From the IMG/VR virus record IMGVR_UViG_3300047323_000678: a stretch of 64,000 nucleotides of DNA. One strand, 5' to 3'. The notes beneath the pieces were generated by a model. The model did not search any database. It was not told the DNA's origin and saw nothing but the letters and a program-made list of their open reading frames with translations. The first letter of the stretch is position 1, and the number at the start of each line of letters is the position of its first letter. The translations under genes and the position numbers were made by a program. The DNA comes from a virus (taxonomy: Duplodnaviria; Heunggongvirae; Uroviricota; Caudoviricetes). Positions 9,674-20,101 of the stretch are shown piece after piece.

Positions 9674-10390
9674 TTATAATTTTGGCTTTGTTGGTTTTAC
9701 AGTATTATTTCTACTAAGCTCTTCATTTAATTTTTTATGTAGATGGTAAGAGTCAATGGCTTTATTTCGTTGTACATGATCTTTAAATGTAGCCCAATAT
9801 GGAATATCCATTGTTGTTTCAAAAAACATATCTACCATTCTGTTTAATTTATATGGTTTCCAATTGGAAATATCTCCTTGAAATAATGAAGATTTAAAAA
9901 TTCCTGACATATTTTCCACATTAGAAACATTCCATTGAGATATGTCACTATTAAATTTAGATGCAGAAAACATACTACTCATATCTTTTACATTAGAAAC
10001 ATTCCATTTAGATATATCACCATTAAATTTAGATGCAGCAAATATATAATTCATATCTTTTACATTAGAAACATCCCAACTAGAAATATCGCCATTAAAT
10101 TTTGAACGCATAAACATACTAGCCATATTTTCTACATTAGAAACATTCCACTTAGATATATCTCCATTAAAGTGAGATCCTTGGAATATCCTCTCCATAT
10201 TTTTAACTTTAGATGTATCCCACATAGAAATATCTCCGTTAAACAAACTATCTAAAAATACATCCATTAAATCATCAACATTAGTAATATCAATATGATT
10301 CAAATCACATTTACTGCCATTCAATTCGATTTCTTTTTCAATTAATTCCATTAAATGATATTTGTCTTTGGCTATAATTTTAGACTTCAT
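9674..10390 (-). CDS. DUF285/BspA-type LRR protein, 6 repeats
   Basis: 22-aa FNGDISxWDVSxVxxMxxMF repeats; start MKSKII at 10390 after GGAG. Confidence 0.85.
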   Translation of the reverse strand: MKSKIIAKDKYHLMELIEKEIELNGSKCDLNHIDITNVDDLMDVFLDSLFNGDISMWDTSKVKNMERIFQGSHFNGDISKWNVSNVENMASMFMRSKFNGDISSWDVSNVKDMNYIFAASKFNGDISKWNVSNVKDMSSMFSASKFNSDISQWNVSNVENMSGIFKSSLFQGDISNWKPYKLNRMVDMFFETTMDIPYWATFKDHVQRNKAIDSYHLHKKLNEELSRNNTVKPTKPKL

Positions 10391-10413
10391 ATTAGCTCTC
10401 CCTTTTTTTATTA

Positions 10414-10441
10414 ATTCTATCAAATAAAAATTCATAAGCAA
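10414..10441 (-). promoter_or_regulatory. conserved DUF285-gene promoter
   Basis: TTGCTT-16-TAGAAT with TG extension. Confidence 0.6.
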
Positions 10442-10469
10442 TTTGTAGTTTATTTATTATCTGAACTAG

Positions 10470-10530
10470 TATGGACATAGACAAATTAATTAAAATCATA
10501 ATAAATAGGGTAATTCAATAATGTCCATAG
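10470..10530. repeat. TATGGACAT/ATGTCCATAG motif, copy 3
   Basis: Motifs at 10470 and 10521 (51). Confidence 0.85.
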
Positions 10531-10549
10531 ATTGCTTACCTATCTTTAG

Positions 10550-10831
10550 CTTGCTTCAACTGACCAGGAACTTCATGAAATGGCTGCAAAAATCGGAGTT
10601 GCAAGGAAATGGTGGCAAAGCCCTGAAAAAACATCAGGAAGCCATTATGATATATGTTTAAGTAAGAAAGCTTTAGCAATTCAATTTGGTGCCATTGAAA
10701 TAACCTGGAGGCAAGCAGGCGCAATGAATTCTCGCCGTAGAGTAACTGGTGAATTAGGGAAACCAGAAGATGCTGAAGAGTGGTTGAAAAACTATATGGA
10801 AGAAAGAAGGAAAATGAGGGAATCTAAATAA
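10550..10831 (+). pseudogene. 5'-truncated DUF4031 copy 4 (open from ATG 10580, 83 aa)
   Basis: Near-identical protein to copy 3. Confidence 0.8.
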
Positions 10832-10834
10832 ATT

Positions 10835-10857
10835 AAAGGCAGTGAACCCTGCCTTTT
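10835..10857. terminator. bidirectional terminator, GGCAG family
   Basis: aaaggcagtgaaccctgcctttt. Confidence 0.8.
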
Positions 10858-10861
10858 AGTT

Positions 10862-11656
10862 TTATATTTTAATCTTTTTAGATGAAGAATTATTGTTATT
10901 ATTTAATTCTTTAGAAAGCTTTAAATTTATTTTGTAAGAATTAATAGCTTGCTTTCTAGATTCTTGATCTTCAAAATTAGCCCAGTATGGTAAAGTTATT
11001 TTTGAATCAATAAAAACATATTGACAAGAATCTAGTTTATATGGCTTCCAGTCAGATAAATCACCATTGAAAATAGCATTTGAAAACATTCCATACATAT
11101 TTTCAACTTTACCAACATTCCATTTTGAAATATTTCCGTTAAAATTAGAATTTTTAAACATAAAGCCCATATCTTTAACTTTAGATACATTCCAATTAGA
11201 GATATTATTGTTAAATTCAGAAGACTCAAACATTCCACACATGGTTTTTACATTAAAAGTATTCCAGTTTGATATGTCACCGTTAAATTTAGATCTTTTA
11301 AACATATAGTCCATGTTTTTTACATTACTAACATCCCACTGTGATATATCACCATTAAATACAGAATGATTAAATGTATGGTGCATATTTTGCACACTAG
11401 ATACATTCCATTTAGATATATCATTATTGAATTTAGAAGCATAAAACATATCCATCATATCAGTGACATTTGAAACATCCCATTGTGATATATTACCATT
11501 AAATTGTGACTGATAAAATAATTGGCTCATATCAGTAATTTCCGAAACATCAATATGGTTTAAGTCACATTGGTTTCCATTTAGTTTAATTTCCTTTTGA
11601 ATAAGTTCAAGTAAATGTTCTTTATTTTTAGCTATTATTTTATTTTTCATAGTCAT
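10862..11656 (-). CDS. DUF285/BspA-type LRR protein, 7 repeats
   Basis: Repeat consensus; KKIKI tail. Confidence 0.85.
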   Translation of the reverse strand: MTMKNKIIAKNKEHLLELIQKEIKLNGNQCDLNHIDVSEITDMSQLFYQSQFNGNISQWDVSNVTDMMDMFYASKFNNDISKWNVSSVQNMHHTFNHSVFNGDISQWDVSNVKNMDYMFKRSKFNGDISNWNTFNVKTMCGMFESSEFNNNISNWNVSKVKDMGFMFKNSNFNGNISKWNVGKVENMYGMFSNAIFNGDLSDWKPYKLDSCQYVFIDSKITLPYWANFEDQESRKQAINSYKINLKLSKELNNNNNSSSKKIKI

Positions 11657-11679
11657 TCTTTATTTTTTTAGATATGGAT

Positions 11680-11707
11680 ATTTTATCAAATAGAAATTAA
11701 TAAGCAA
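11680..11707 (-). promoter_or_regulatory. conserved DUF285-gene promoter
   Basis: TTGCTT-16-TAAAAT. Confidence 0.6.
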
Positions 11708-11734
11708 TTTATAGTTGATTACTACCTTAACCAG

Positions 11735-11836
11735 TGTGGACATTTTATTAAAAATCATTAGTTTTCTACAAAATACTATGGACATAGACAATCAACCAAA
11801 AATCTTATAAATAGATGGATTCAAAAATGTCCATAG
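11735..11836. repeat. TGTGGACAT/TATGGACAT plus inverted ATGTCCATAG motif, copy 4
   Basis: Motifs at 11735, 11777 and 11827 (42, 50). Confidence 0.85.
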
Positions 11837-11855
11837 ATTGCGTACCTATCTTTAG

Positions 11856-12085
11856 TTAGCCGATTCTGACCAGGAGCTTCATGAAATGGCTGCAAAAATC
11901 GGAGTTGCTAGAAAATGGTGGCAATCTCCAGAAAAGACATCAGGAAGTCATTATGATATATGTTTAAGTAAGAAAGCTTTATCAATTCAATTTGCTGCCA
12001 TTGAAGTAGCCTGAAGATGCCAAAGAATGGTTGAAAAACTATATATATGAAAGAAGAAAATTGAAGAAATCTAAATCTTGAATAA
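11856..12085 (+). pseudogene. 5'-truncated DUF4031 copy 5 with ~59-bp internal deletion
   Basis: LADSDQELHEM... then joins at a CCTG microhomology (gtagcctgaagatgcc). Confidence 0.8.
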
Positions 12086-12090
12086 TAAAT

Positions 12091-12115
12091 AAAAGGCAAT
12101 TCTTTTTGCCTTTTT
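12091..12115. terminator. bidirectional terminator, GGCA family
   Basis: aaaaggcaattctttttgccttttt. Confidence 0.75.
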
Positions 12116-12118
12116 GTT

Positions 12119-12616
12119 TTATATTTTATTTTTTTTATATGGATTATTATTTTCATTTAATTCATTATTTAATTCTTTGGCTAAGTGATAAGTATTAATT
12201 GCTTTTTTTCTTTCTTCTAAATTGTTAATTTTAGCCCAATATGGAACATATGTTTTACATTCGTTAAAAATATTATATAAACCTGATAATTTATAAGGCT
12301 TCCAATCAGATAGATCACCATTAAAGTCAGATTCACAAAACATTGAACTCATATTTTTAACTTTAGATACATTCCATTTGCACAGATTTCCATTAAATTC
12401 TGATTGAAAAAACATTTTATCCATATTTTTAACTTTAGATACATCCCATTTACTGATATCTCCATTAAAATTAGATCTAAAAAATAAACCACTCATATCA
12501 TTTATTTGGGATACATCAATATGATTTAAATCACATTGATTTCCATTTAACTTTATTTCTTTTTGGATTAATTCTTTTAAATGCTTTAGATCTTGAGCTA
12601 TTATTGTAGGCTTCAT
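12119..12616 (-). CDS. DUF285/BspA-type LRR protein, 3 repeats
   Basis: Repeat consensus; ATGA overlap with neighbour. Confidence 0.85.
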   Translation of the reverse strand: MKPTIIAQDLKHLKELIQKEIKLNGNQCDLNHIDVSQINDMSGLFFRSNFNGDISKWDVSKVKNMDKMFFQSEFNGNLCKWNVSKVKNMSSMFCESDFNGDLSDWKPYKLSGLYNIFNECKTYVPYWAKINNLEERKKAINTYHLAKELNNELNENNNPYKKNKI

Positions 12617-13182
12617 ATTTTTGCTTTTCTAGCTAAATGATTATTTTCAATTAATTGATTATTTAATTCTTTATGTAAATGATAAGAATCAATAGCTTTT
12701 TTCCTTTCTTCTTTATCTTTATAATTAGCCCAATATGGAATAGGAGCAGGACAATTCCTAAAAGCTCCATTAACTGATTGTAAATTTAATGGTTTCCAAT
12801 TTGATAAATCACCATTAAACCTTGAGTCAGCAAACACTGCTTGTATATCAGTTACATTAGAAATATCCCATGCACTTATGTCACCATTAAATTCTGACTT
12901 AGAGAAAAGGCAAGACATTTCCTCAACTTTAGAAACATTCCATTTGCTTATATTTCCATTGAATTTAGAATAATGAAACATACAATACATATCTTTTACA
13001 TTAGAGACATCCCATTCTGAAATATTTCCATTAAATTCAGAATCCCTAAATAAATCACTCATATTAGTAATTTGGGAAACATCAATATGATTTAAATTAC
13101 ATGCATTTCCATTTAATTCGATTTCTTTTTTTATTAATTCTTCTAAATGTGCTTTATCTTTAGCAATAATTGTAGGTTTCAT
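12613..13182 (-). CDS. DUF285/BspA-type LRR protein, 4 repeats
   Basis: Repeat consensus; ATGA overlaps. Confidence 0.85.
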   Translation of the reverse strand: MKPTIIAKDKAHLEELIKKEIELNGNACNLNHIDVSQITNMSDLFRDSEFNGNISEWDVSNVKDMYCMFHYSKFNGNISKWNVSKVEEMSCLFSKSEFNGDISAWDISNVTDIQAVFADSRFNGDLSNWKPLNLQSVNGAFRNCPAPIPYWANYKDKEERKKAIDSYHLHKELNNQLIENNHLARKAKI

Positions 13183-14033
13183 AATTTTATTTTTTTAAGT
13201 GAAGTATTATTATTAGATAATTCTTTATTTAATTCTTTTTGTAAGTGATAAGCATCAATAGCTTTATTTCTTTCTGCTTGTTCTGCAAATTTTGCCCAAT
13301 ATGGAATTTGAATTTCTGTGGATAAGAATAGGTACTCCATTTCTTTTAATTTTTTAGGCTTCCAATTATTAATATCACCATTAAATTTAGACTCTCTAAA
13401 CATTGACCACATATTCTCAACATTAGAAACATCCCATTTGGAAATATCACCATTGAATTGGCTATTCATAAACATTTTTTCCATATTTGTTACATTAGAA
13501 ACATCCCATGTTGATATATCATGATTGAATTTTGAATATTGAAACATGTCTTTCATATCTTTAACATTTGATACATCCCATTTAGATATATCATTGTTAA
13601 ATTTACTATTAAAAAATAATCCTGCCATATTTTTAACCTTACTAACTTTCCAGTTTGAAATATCTCCCTCAAATTCAGAACTCAATAAAAATGACATATC
13701 AATAACATTTGCAACATCCCATTTGGATATGTCACCATTGAATTGAGAATGAAAAAACATATTACTCATATTCTCAACATTACTAATATTCCATTTACTA
13801 ATATCCTTATTGAATTTAGACTTAAAAAACATTGCATACATTGTTTTTACATTTGATACATCCCAATTAGAAATATCACCATTGAATTTAGAAGTGTGGA
13901 ATAAATTACTCATATCAGTAATATTAGAAACATCTATATGATTTAAATTGCATTCATTACCATTTAATTCTATTTCTTGTTGAATTAATTCTTTTAAATG
14001 CTCTTTATTTTTAGCTATTATTTTAGGCTTCAT
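13179..14033 (-). CDS. DUF285/BspA-type LRR protein, 8 repeats
   Basis: Start MKPKII at 14033 matches paralogues. Confidence 0.85.
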   Translation of the reverse strand: MKPKIIAKNKEHLKELIQQEIELNGNECNLNHIDVSNITDMSNLFHTSKFNGDISNWDVSNVKTMYAMFFKSKFNKDISKWNISNVENMSNMFFHSQFNGDISKWDVANVIDMSFLLSSEFEGDISNWKVSKVKNMAGLFFNSKFNNDISKWDVSNVKDMKDMFQYSKFNHDISTWDVSNVTNMEKMFMNSQFNGDISKWDVSNVENMWSMFRESKFNGDINNWKPKKLKEMEYLFLSTEIQIPYWAKFAEQAERNKAIDAYHLQKELNKELSNNNTSLKKIKL

Positions 14034-14060
14034 ATTTAATGCTCTTCCCAATATAGTTAA

Positions 14061-14088
14061 ATTTTATCAAATAAAAATTGATAAGCAA
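14061..14088 (-). promoter_or_regulatory. conserved DUF285-gene promoter
   Basis: TTGCTT-16-TAAAAT. Confidence 0.6.
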
Positions 14089-14110
14089 TTAATAATCTAA
14101 TTCTTAAACC

Positions 14111-14171
14111 TATGGACATAACCAAATTACTTAAAAGCCCTTAGATTCAATATTTTCGTGAATGTTCATAG
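14111..14171. repeat. TATGGACAT/ATGTTCATAG motif, copy 5
   Basis: Motifs at 14111 and 14162 (51). Confidence 0.8.
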
Positions 14172-14190
14172 ATTGACTATTTTTCTTTAT

Positions 14191-14480
14191 CTCTCTTCAA
14201 CAGATGAAGAATTGCATGCAACGACAGCAAAAATTGGTGTAGTAAGGAAATGGTGGCAAAGCCCTGAGAAAACATCAGGAAGCCATTATGATATATGTTT
14301 AAGTAAGAAAGATTTAGCGATTCAGTTTGGTGCTATTGAAATAATCTGAGGCAAGCAGGAGTAATGAATACTAGGCATAAAATAACAGGTTTACTTGGAA
14401 GTCCAGAAAATGCTATTGAATGGAATCAAAAATTTAGGGAAGATCAAAGAAAGTTTAAAGAATCTAAGTCTTCTGAATAA
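14191..14480 (+). pseudogene. 5'-truncated, frameshifted DUF4031 copy 6
   Basis: 1-bp loss near 14348 (atctgaggcaagc); 3' end ...KSSE* resembles the intact copy. Confidence 0.8.
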
Positions 14481-14485
14481 CAAAT

Positions 14486-14511
14486 AAAAAGACAGAAATT
14501 TCTGCCTTTTT
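14486..14511. terminator. terminator, GGCAG family (one mismatch)
   Basis: aaaaagacagaaatttctgccttttt. Confidence 0.7.
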
Positions 14512-15295
14512 ATATTTTGATTTTTTTAGGGGATGCTTTATTATTTCTATTTAAATCATCATTTAATTTCTCTGCTAGACAGTATTTATCAATGATTTTT
14601 TTTCTATCCTCAATATCTTCGTATTTTGCCCAATATGGGATTGTCGTAGGACAATTGTCAAATATTTCTTCAAGATCTGCACAAATCGGTTTCCATGCAT
14701 TTAAATCATTATTGAATTTAGAATCTTGGAACATAAAGCACATATTCTCTACATTACTTACATCCCATTTTGATATGTTTTTATCAAAAATTGATTTTCG
14801 AAACATTTGTGCCATATTTTTTACACTAGAAACATTCCATTTACTAATATTCCTATTAAATTTAGAACCTTCAAACATAAGACTCATATCTGTAACTTTA
14901 GATACATTCCAATTTGAAATATCACCATTAAAATCTGCACCTTTAAACATAAAGCACATATTTTCTACATTAGATACATCCCATCTAGATATATTTCCAT
15001 TAAACTTAGACTCATCAAACATATAACTAATGTCTTTGACTTTAGTAACATTCCAATCAGAAATATCACCATTAAATTCTGATCTACGAAACATAAAACG
15101 CATATCTGTAACTTGAGATATATCCCATTGGGAAATATCTCCATTAAATTTTGAATATTCAAATAGAAAAGCCATCTCAGTAATATTCGATACATCAATA
15201 TGGTTTAAATCACAGTTATTACCATTTAATTCAATTTCTTTTTGGATCAATTCAATTAAATGATTTTTATCTTCAGCTATAATGGTGGCTTTCAT
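14510..15295 (-). CDS. DUF285/BspA-type LRR protein, 7 repeats
   Basis: Start MKATII at 15295 matches paralogues. Confidence 0.85.
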   Translation of the reverse strand: MKATIIAEDKNHLIELIQKEIELNGNNCDLNHIDVSNITEMAFLFEYSKFNGDISQWDISQVTDMRFMFRRSEFNGDISDWNVTKVKDISYMFDESKFNGNISRWDVSNVENMCFMFKGADFNGDISNWNVSKVTDMSLMFEGSKFNRNISKWNVSSVKNMAQMFRKSIFDKNISKWDVSNVENMCFMFQDSKFNNDLNAWKPICADLEEIFDNCPTTIPYWAKYEDIEDRKKIIDKYCLAEKLNDDLNRNNKASPKKIKI

Positions 15296-15369
15296 AATTT
15301 TTTTGAATATATTAAATTGTATCAAATGATGATTAATATACAAGTTTGGCTTATTTGATATTCAGTAAG

Positions 15370-15492
15370 CATGAACATTTAGGAGCTATGAATTTTCGCC
15401 ATAGAGCGACAAGAGAATTAGGTAAACTTGAAGATGCTAAAGAATGGTTCAAAAACCATATGAAAGAAGGAAATTGAAGGAATTAAAAAATA
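15370..15492 (+). pseudogene. DUF4031 3' remnant, copy 7
   Basis: GAMNFRHRATRELGKLEDAKEWFKNHMKE; preceded by degenerate CATGAACATTT. Confidence 0.65.
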
Positions 15493-15568
15493 GTTTAAAA
15501 GGGTAACTTGTAGAGCAAAAAAACTAAAAAGCCTGAAGATACAGGCTTTAATTTTGGAAGATTGATAT

Positions 15569-16132
15569 TTAGAACATTATAGTTATTTCTTCAATACCAA
15601 TAATTTCAAGTCGTTTGCAAAGACACCTCCATGTTATGTCAGTACCGAGCATAACTCTACCTACATTATTTTGAAAAACCTTAAGTTCTTTCTTTGGTAA
15701 ATTGGGCTTAGCCATACTGCACCAAACAAGAATTTTTTCATCCACAGTAGATGAAGTAATTTTTCGTTCTTTTAAAATTTGTTCCCAAATATCGCCTAAA
15801 CTATTTTTCGCATGAGAAATAGCAATTGGAACTTTTATTAAAATCCCCCATATCATGAATGTTATTTTTTCAATACCAATAATTTCCAATCCTTTGCAAA
15901 AATAATCCCAACTTATTGCCATATTAGTAAGATTTCGTCGGATACCATAGAAAAAAATATCTAGTTCGCGTTTCGTTACATTTGGCTTGATTTTGATGCA
16001 CCAAACACGAATTTTTGCATTTAGTTCAGATTCAGAGATATTGTTTTGCTCTAGCACTTGTCTCCATAACTCTCCAAGTCCAATGCTTTCACGAACACTC
16101 GTAACTGAAATTTTACTAATAGTAACTGTCAC
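15569..16132 (-). CDS. hypothetical protein with two ~85-aa internal repeats (cassette cargo)
   Basis: SLG(E/D)(L/I)W.Q.L...K..VWC...I(S/T)W..(F/L)CK.LEIIGIE.IT twice; GGGAG SD plus GTG. Confidence 0.8.
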   Translation of the reverse strand: MTVTISKISVTSVRESIGLGELWRQVLEQNNISESELNAKIRVWCIKIKPNVTKRELDIFFYGIRRNLTNMAISWDYFCKGLEIIGIEKITFMIWGILIKVPIAISHAKNSLGDIWEQILKERKITSSTVDEKILVWCSMAKPNLPKKELKVFQNNVGRVMLGTDITWRCLCKRLEIIGIEEITIMF

Positions 16133-16311
16133 ATCGCTCCCTTTCTTACAACGAAGAATTGATGATAAACATCAATTATATCATATTGCAAAAAATTCAG
16201 CATAAGCATAGATATTGAAACTTACATTGTTTAACTCACAAATACTCACAAATGTTAATTGATCAATACTAATAATTTTTTTACAGAAATAGTTTCCATT
16301 TTGACAAGGAT

Positions 16312-16419
16312 ATGAATCCTCGCCGTAAAGTAACAGGTGAATTGGTTAAACCTGAAGATGCTGAAGAATGGTTGAAAAACTATATGGAAGAACGCAGAAA
16401 ACTTAAGGAACCTAAGTGA
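16312..16419 (+). pseudogene. DUF4031 3' remnant, copy 8
   Basis: MNPRRKVTGELVKPEDAEEWLKNYMEERRKLKEPK*. Confidence 0.75.
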
Positions 16420-16459
16420 AATGAATAATAATAAAAATTAGATAATTCTGTTTTTTAGT

Positions 16460-17008
16460 TTATATTTTCATTTTTTTAGATGATTTATAGTTATTATTGT
16501 TTAATTCCATATTTAAAATTGCTGCTCTTATAGCTTGTTTATTATCATCATGAGCCCAGTAAGGAATAATAATTTCTGTGTGCATAAACATATCTTTTAT
16601 TTTCTCTACATTATATGGCTTCCAATTTGATAAATTTCCTGTAAATTTACAGTTGGAAAACATCTGAGTCATATCTTCAACATTAGATACATTCCAATTA
16701 GAAATGTCACCATTAAACTCAGAGCCATTAAACATTCCTAGCATACTTTGAACATTTACCACATTCCAATTACTAATATCTCCATTAAACTTAGAAAAAT
16801 CAAACATGCAACGCATATTCCTAACGCTAGAAACATTCCATTTTGATATATTTCCATTAAATTCTGAATAAAAAAATAAACTACTCATATCAGTAATATT
16901 AGAAACATCAATATGATTTAAGTCACATTCATTACCATTCAATTCAATTTCTTGTTGAATTAATTTTTGTAGATGTTCCTTATCTTTTGCGGTAATTGTA
17001 TGATTCAT
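16460..17008 (-). CDS. DUF285/BspA-type LRR protein, 4 repeats
   Basis: Repeat consensus. Confidence 0.85.
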   Translation of the reverse strand: MNHTITAKDKEHLQKLIQQEIELNGNECDLNHIDVSNITDMSSLFFYSEFNGNISKWNVSSVRNMRCMFDFSKFNGDISNWNVVNVQSMLGMFNGSEFNGDISNWNVSNVEDMTQMFSNCKFTGNLSNWKPYNVEKIKDMFMHTEIIIPYWAHDDNKQAIRAAILNMELNNNNYKSSKKMKI

Positions 17009-17570
17009 ATTTTAATTTTTTTTCCTGAATATTATTAGTTAAATCTTTATCTAATTCTTTTTTCAACCAATAATTATCAATTGCAAGATTTCTTTTATCA
17101 TTATTTTCAAATTTAGCCCAATAAGGAATTGGCGCAATACAATCATCAAAAATTCTTGTAACTTTATCTAAAGAGTAAGGTTTCCAATTGTTTAAATTGG
17201 AATTAAAATCTGCATTATAAAACATTTGATTCATATGTATAACTTTAGAGACATCCCATTGACTAATATCATTGTTAAAAAATGAAGCTTGGAACATCCA
17301 ATCCATATTTAGAACACTAGAGACATTCCAATTACTTATATCCCCATTAAAATTAGAGTCAGAAAACATAGCTTCCATACTAATTACACTAGAAGTGTCC
17401 CATTTAGAAATATCACCATTAAAATCAGAATTAAAGAAAAGCCAACTCATATCTATAATATTAGATACATCAATATGATTCAAATCACATTCTTTTCCAT
17501 TCAATGCAATTTCATGTGTTATTAATTCTTTTAAATGATTTTTATCTTTAGCTATAATTTTATTTTTCAT
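16980..17570 (-). CDS. DUF285/BspA-type LRR protein, 4 repeats; C-terminus altered by a 1-bp homopolymer indel
   Basis: One extra A would give EKKIKI* at the ATGA overlap (17005). Confidence 0.8.
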   Translation of the reverse strand: MKNKIIAKDKNHLKELITHEIALNGKECDLNHIDVSNIIDMSWLFFNSDFNGDISKWDTSSVISMEAMFSDSNFNGDISNWNVSSVLNMDWMFQASFFNNDISQWDVSKVIHMNQMFYNADFNSNLNNWKPYSLDKVTRIFDDCIAPIPYWAKFENNDKRNLAIDNYWLKKELDKDLTNNIQEKKLKYESYNYRKR

Positions 17571-17578
17571 AATATTTT

Positions 17579-18292
17579 TTATATTTTTAATTTATTTTCC
17601 ACATTATGACTATTGCTTAATTCATCATTTAATTGATTATTCAAATGATAAATATTAATAGCTTTTATTCGTTCACTTAAATTATCATATTTGGCCCAAT
17701 ATGGCATTGATATTTTAGTATCATCAAATAAAGAACCACATCTCTCTAAACTATATGGCATCCATCCAGTTAAATCACCATTAAATTTAGAACCTTTGAA
17801 AATATGTAACATCTCCGCAACCTTAGAAACATCCCATTTTGAAATATCATTATTAAAATTAGAATAAGAAAACATATCTCTCATATTTTTTACATTTGAT
17901 ACATTCCAACTAGATATATCTCCATCAAATTTAGAGTTAAGGAACATTGCCTCCATATATTCAACCTTAGAAACATCCCAATTTGAAATATCTTTATTAA
18001 AGTTTGATCCAGAAAACATTCCAGACATATTTTTTACTTTAGATGTATTCCACTTAGATATATCTTTATTAAATTTAGAGTATTCGAACATTGCAGACAT
18101 GTTTATAACATTAGAAACATTCCATTCAGAAATATTACCATTAAATTCAGAATAACTGAATAAATTACTCATATCTTCAATCAAAGAAACATCAATATGA
18201 TTTAAATTACATTGGTTTCCCTTTGAGTAGATCTCAGTTTTTATTAAATCACTTAAATGTTGTTTGTTAACAGCTATAATTTTATCTCTCAT
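17579..18292 (-). CDS. DUF285/BspA-type LRR protein, 6 repeats
   Basis: Repeat consensus; GGAG SD. Confidence 0.85.
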   Translation of the reverse strand: MRDKIIAVNKQHLSDLIKTEIYSKGNQCNLNHIDVSLIEDMSNLFSYSEFNGNISEWNVSNVINMSAMFEYSKFNKDISKWNTSKVKNMSGMFSGSNFNKDISNWDVSKVEYMEAMFLNSKFDGDISSWNVSNVKNMRDMFSYSNFNNDISKWDVSKVAEMLHIFKGSKFNGDLTGWMPYSLERCGSLFDDTKISMPYWAKYDNLSERIKAINIYHLNNQLNDELSNSHNVENKLKI

Positions 18293-18316
18293 TTTAGCTC
18301 CCTTAATATTTATAAT

Positions 18317-18344
18317 ATTTTATCATGTAAAAATTAATTAGCAA
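18317..18344 (-). promoter_or_regulatory. conserved DUF285-gene promoter
   Basis: TTGCTA-16-TAAAAT. Confidence 0.55.
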
Positions 18345-18378
18345 ATTAACATGGGTGTTATCTCTAGCTATAATTTCT

Positions 18379-18951
18379 TTATAGTTTTGATTTTACTGTT
18401 TTTAGAGTATTAGTATTATTTAATTCAGCATTTAAATCTTTATGTAAATGAAATGAGTTAATTGCTTTATTTCGTTCTTCTTTATTTTCATATTTACACC
18501 AATAAGGAATAGAAACCAAAGATCCATCAAATATGCCGTCTACTTCTTCGATATTAATAGGCTTCCAATTAGTTAAATCTTGTTGAAAATTTGATAAACA
18601 AAAAATATGATACATATTTTTGACTGCTGATACATTCCATTCAGAAATATTTTTATTAAAATAAGCTTCATTAAACATTTCATTCATATTTGTAACTTTT
18701 GATACATTCCATTTAGATATATCCCCGTTAAAATTAGAACTATGAAACATAAGTTTCATATTCTCGACATTACTAACATTCCATTCAGATATATCACCAT
18801 TAAACTTAGAATATGGAAATAAATAACTCATATCTGTAATATTAGAAACATCGATATGGTTTAAATTACATTCATTACCATTTAATTCTATTTCTTGTTG
18901 AATTAATTCTTTTAAATGTTCTTTATCTTTAGCTATAATTGTAGATTTCAT
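18379..18951 (-). CDS. DUF285/BspA-type LRR protein, 4 repeats
   Basis: Repeat consensus; ends KSKL. Confidence 0.85.
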   Translation of the reverse strand: MKSTIIAKDKEHLKELIQQEIELNGNECNLNHIDVSNITDMSYLFPYSKFNGDISEWNVSNVENMKLMFHSSNFNGDISKWNVSKVTNMNEMFNEAYFNKNISEWNVSAVKNMYHIFCLSNFQQDLTNWKPINIEEVDGIFDGSLVSIPYWCKYENKEERNKAINSFHLHKDLNAELNNTNTLKTVKSKL

Positions 18952-19454
18952 ATTTTAGGTTTTTTAAGAGAAACATTATTGTTATTTAAATTAAGGATTA
19001 ACTCATTATTTAATTGTTTATTAAAATGATATTTATCAATAGCTTGTTCTCTTTCGTCAAGATGTATATATTCTGCCCAATATGGAATTTTAGCAGAACA
19101 ATCTGAAAGCATAAAGCTGATGGTTGCTTTATATGCTTTCAGATTGGACAAATCTCCTTGAAATTTAGAATTTTCAAACATAAAATTCATATTTTCAACA
19201 TTAGAAACATCCCAATGAGAAATATTACCATTAAATTTTGATGCACGGAACATTTCTTGCATATTTTCAACATTGGAAACATTCCACTTTGATATATTTC
19301 CATTAAAATTAGAACCAAAAAATAATCCTTTCATATCTATAATACAAGAGACATCAATATGATTCAAGTCACATTTATTACCATGAAGTTTCATTTCATT
19401 TTGTATTAATTCTTTTAAATGTTCTTTATCTTTTGCTGTAATCATAGGTTTCAT
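18948..19454 (-). CDS. DUF285/BspA-type LRR protein, 3 repeats
   Basis: Repeat consensus. Confidence 0.85.
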   Translation of the reverse strand: MKPMITAKDKEHLKELIQNEMKLHGNKCDLNHIDVSCIIDMKGLFFGSNFNGNISKWNVSNVENMQEMFRASKFNGNISHWDVSNVENMNFMFENSKFQGDLSNLKAYKATISFMLSDCSAKIPYWAEYIHLDEREQAIDKYHFNKQLNNELILNLNNNNVSLKKPKI

Positions 19455-20101
19455 ATCTTTATCTTTTTTAAAATATTATGATTTTTATTTAAGTCAGAAT
19501 TTAATTCATTATGTAATATATATTTATTTATAGCAGATAATCTATCTTGATATTTTTGAAATTTAGCCCAGTAAGGAACAGGTGCTTTACATCCACAAAA
19601 TATTTCTTCAACATTAAGCAACATTATTAATTTAAATGGCTTCCATTCAGAAATATCACCTTTAAATTTTGAATGATTGAACATTGCATTTATATTATTT
19701 AATCTTGATACATCCCAATTACTAATATCACCATTAAAAAAACTTTTATTAAACATATGAGTCATAGTTTCTACTTTAGATACATTCTATCTAGAGATGT
19801 CTCCATTAAAGCTAGCAAATGAAAACATTGAATTCATATTTACTACTTCCGAAGTATCCCAATTAGAGATATCTCCATTAAATTTAGAGTTATGAAACAT
19901 AGAATCCATATTCTTTACATTAGATACATCCCATTGGCTAATACTTCCATTAAAATAAGAATTATAAAACAATTTACTCATGTCTGTGATATTAGAGGTA
20001 TCAATATGATTTAAGTCACAGTCTTTACCTTTTTTATAAATCTGTTTTATTATTAATTCCTTTAAATGAAATTTATCTTTTGCAATAATTTTATTTTTCA
20101 T
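19451..20101 (-). pseudogene. DUF285 gene (5 repeats) broken by a single in-frame TAG at a conserved Trp
   Basis: ...GDISR*NVSKVETMTHMF...; TAG at 19787-19789, both halves in the same frame. Confidence 0.85.

Noticed and set aside
15569..16132. Assignment of the two-repeat protein to a specific jumbo-phage family
   Set aside because: Only a vague remembered resemblance (MTW..FCKGL-type motif); cannot be supported without a search.
6566..16460. Classical integron with attC sites
   Set aside because: No intI and no RYYYAAC...GTTRRRY attC structure recognised at the junctions.
8345..19789. Stop-codon reassignment (TGA or TAG read as Trp)
   Set aside because: TGA ends many genes exactly after the KxKI tail at ATGA overlaps and TAG ends 25272 and 38883 after the tail, so both act as stops; the two in-frame stops are isolated mutations.
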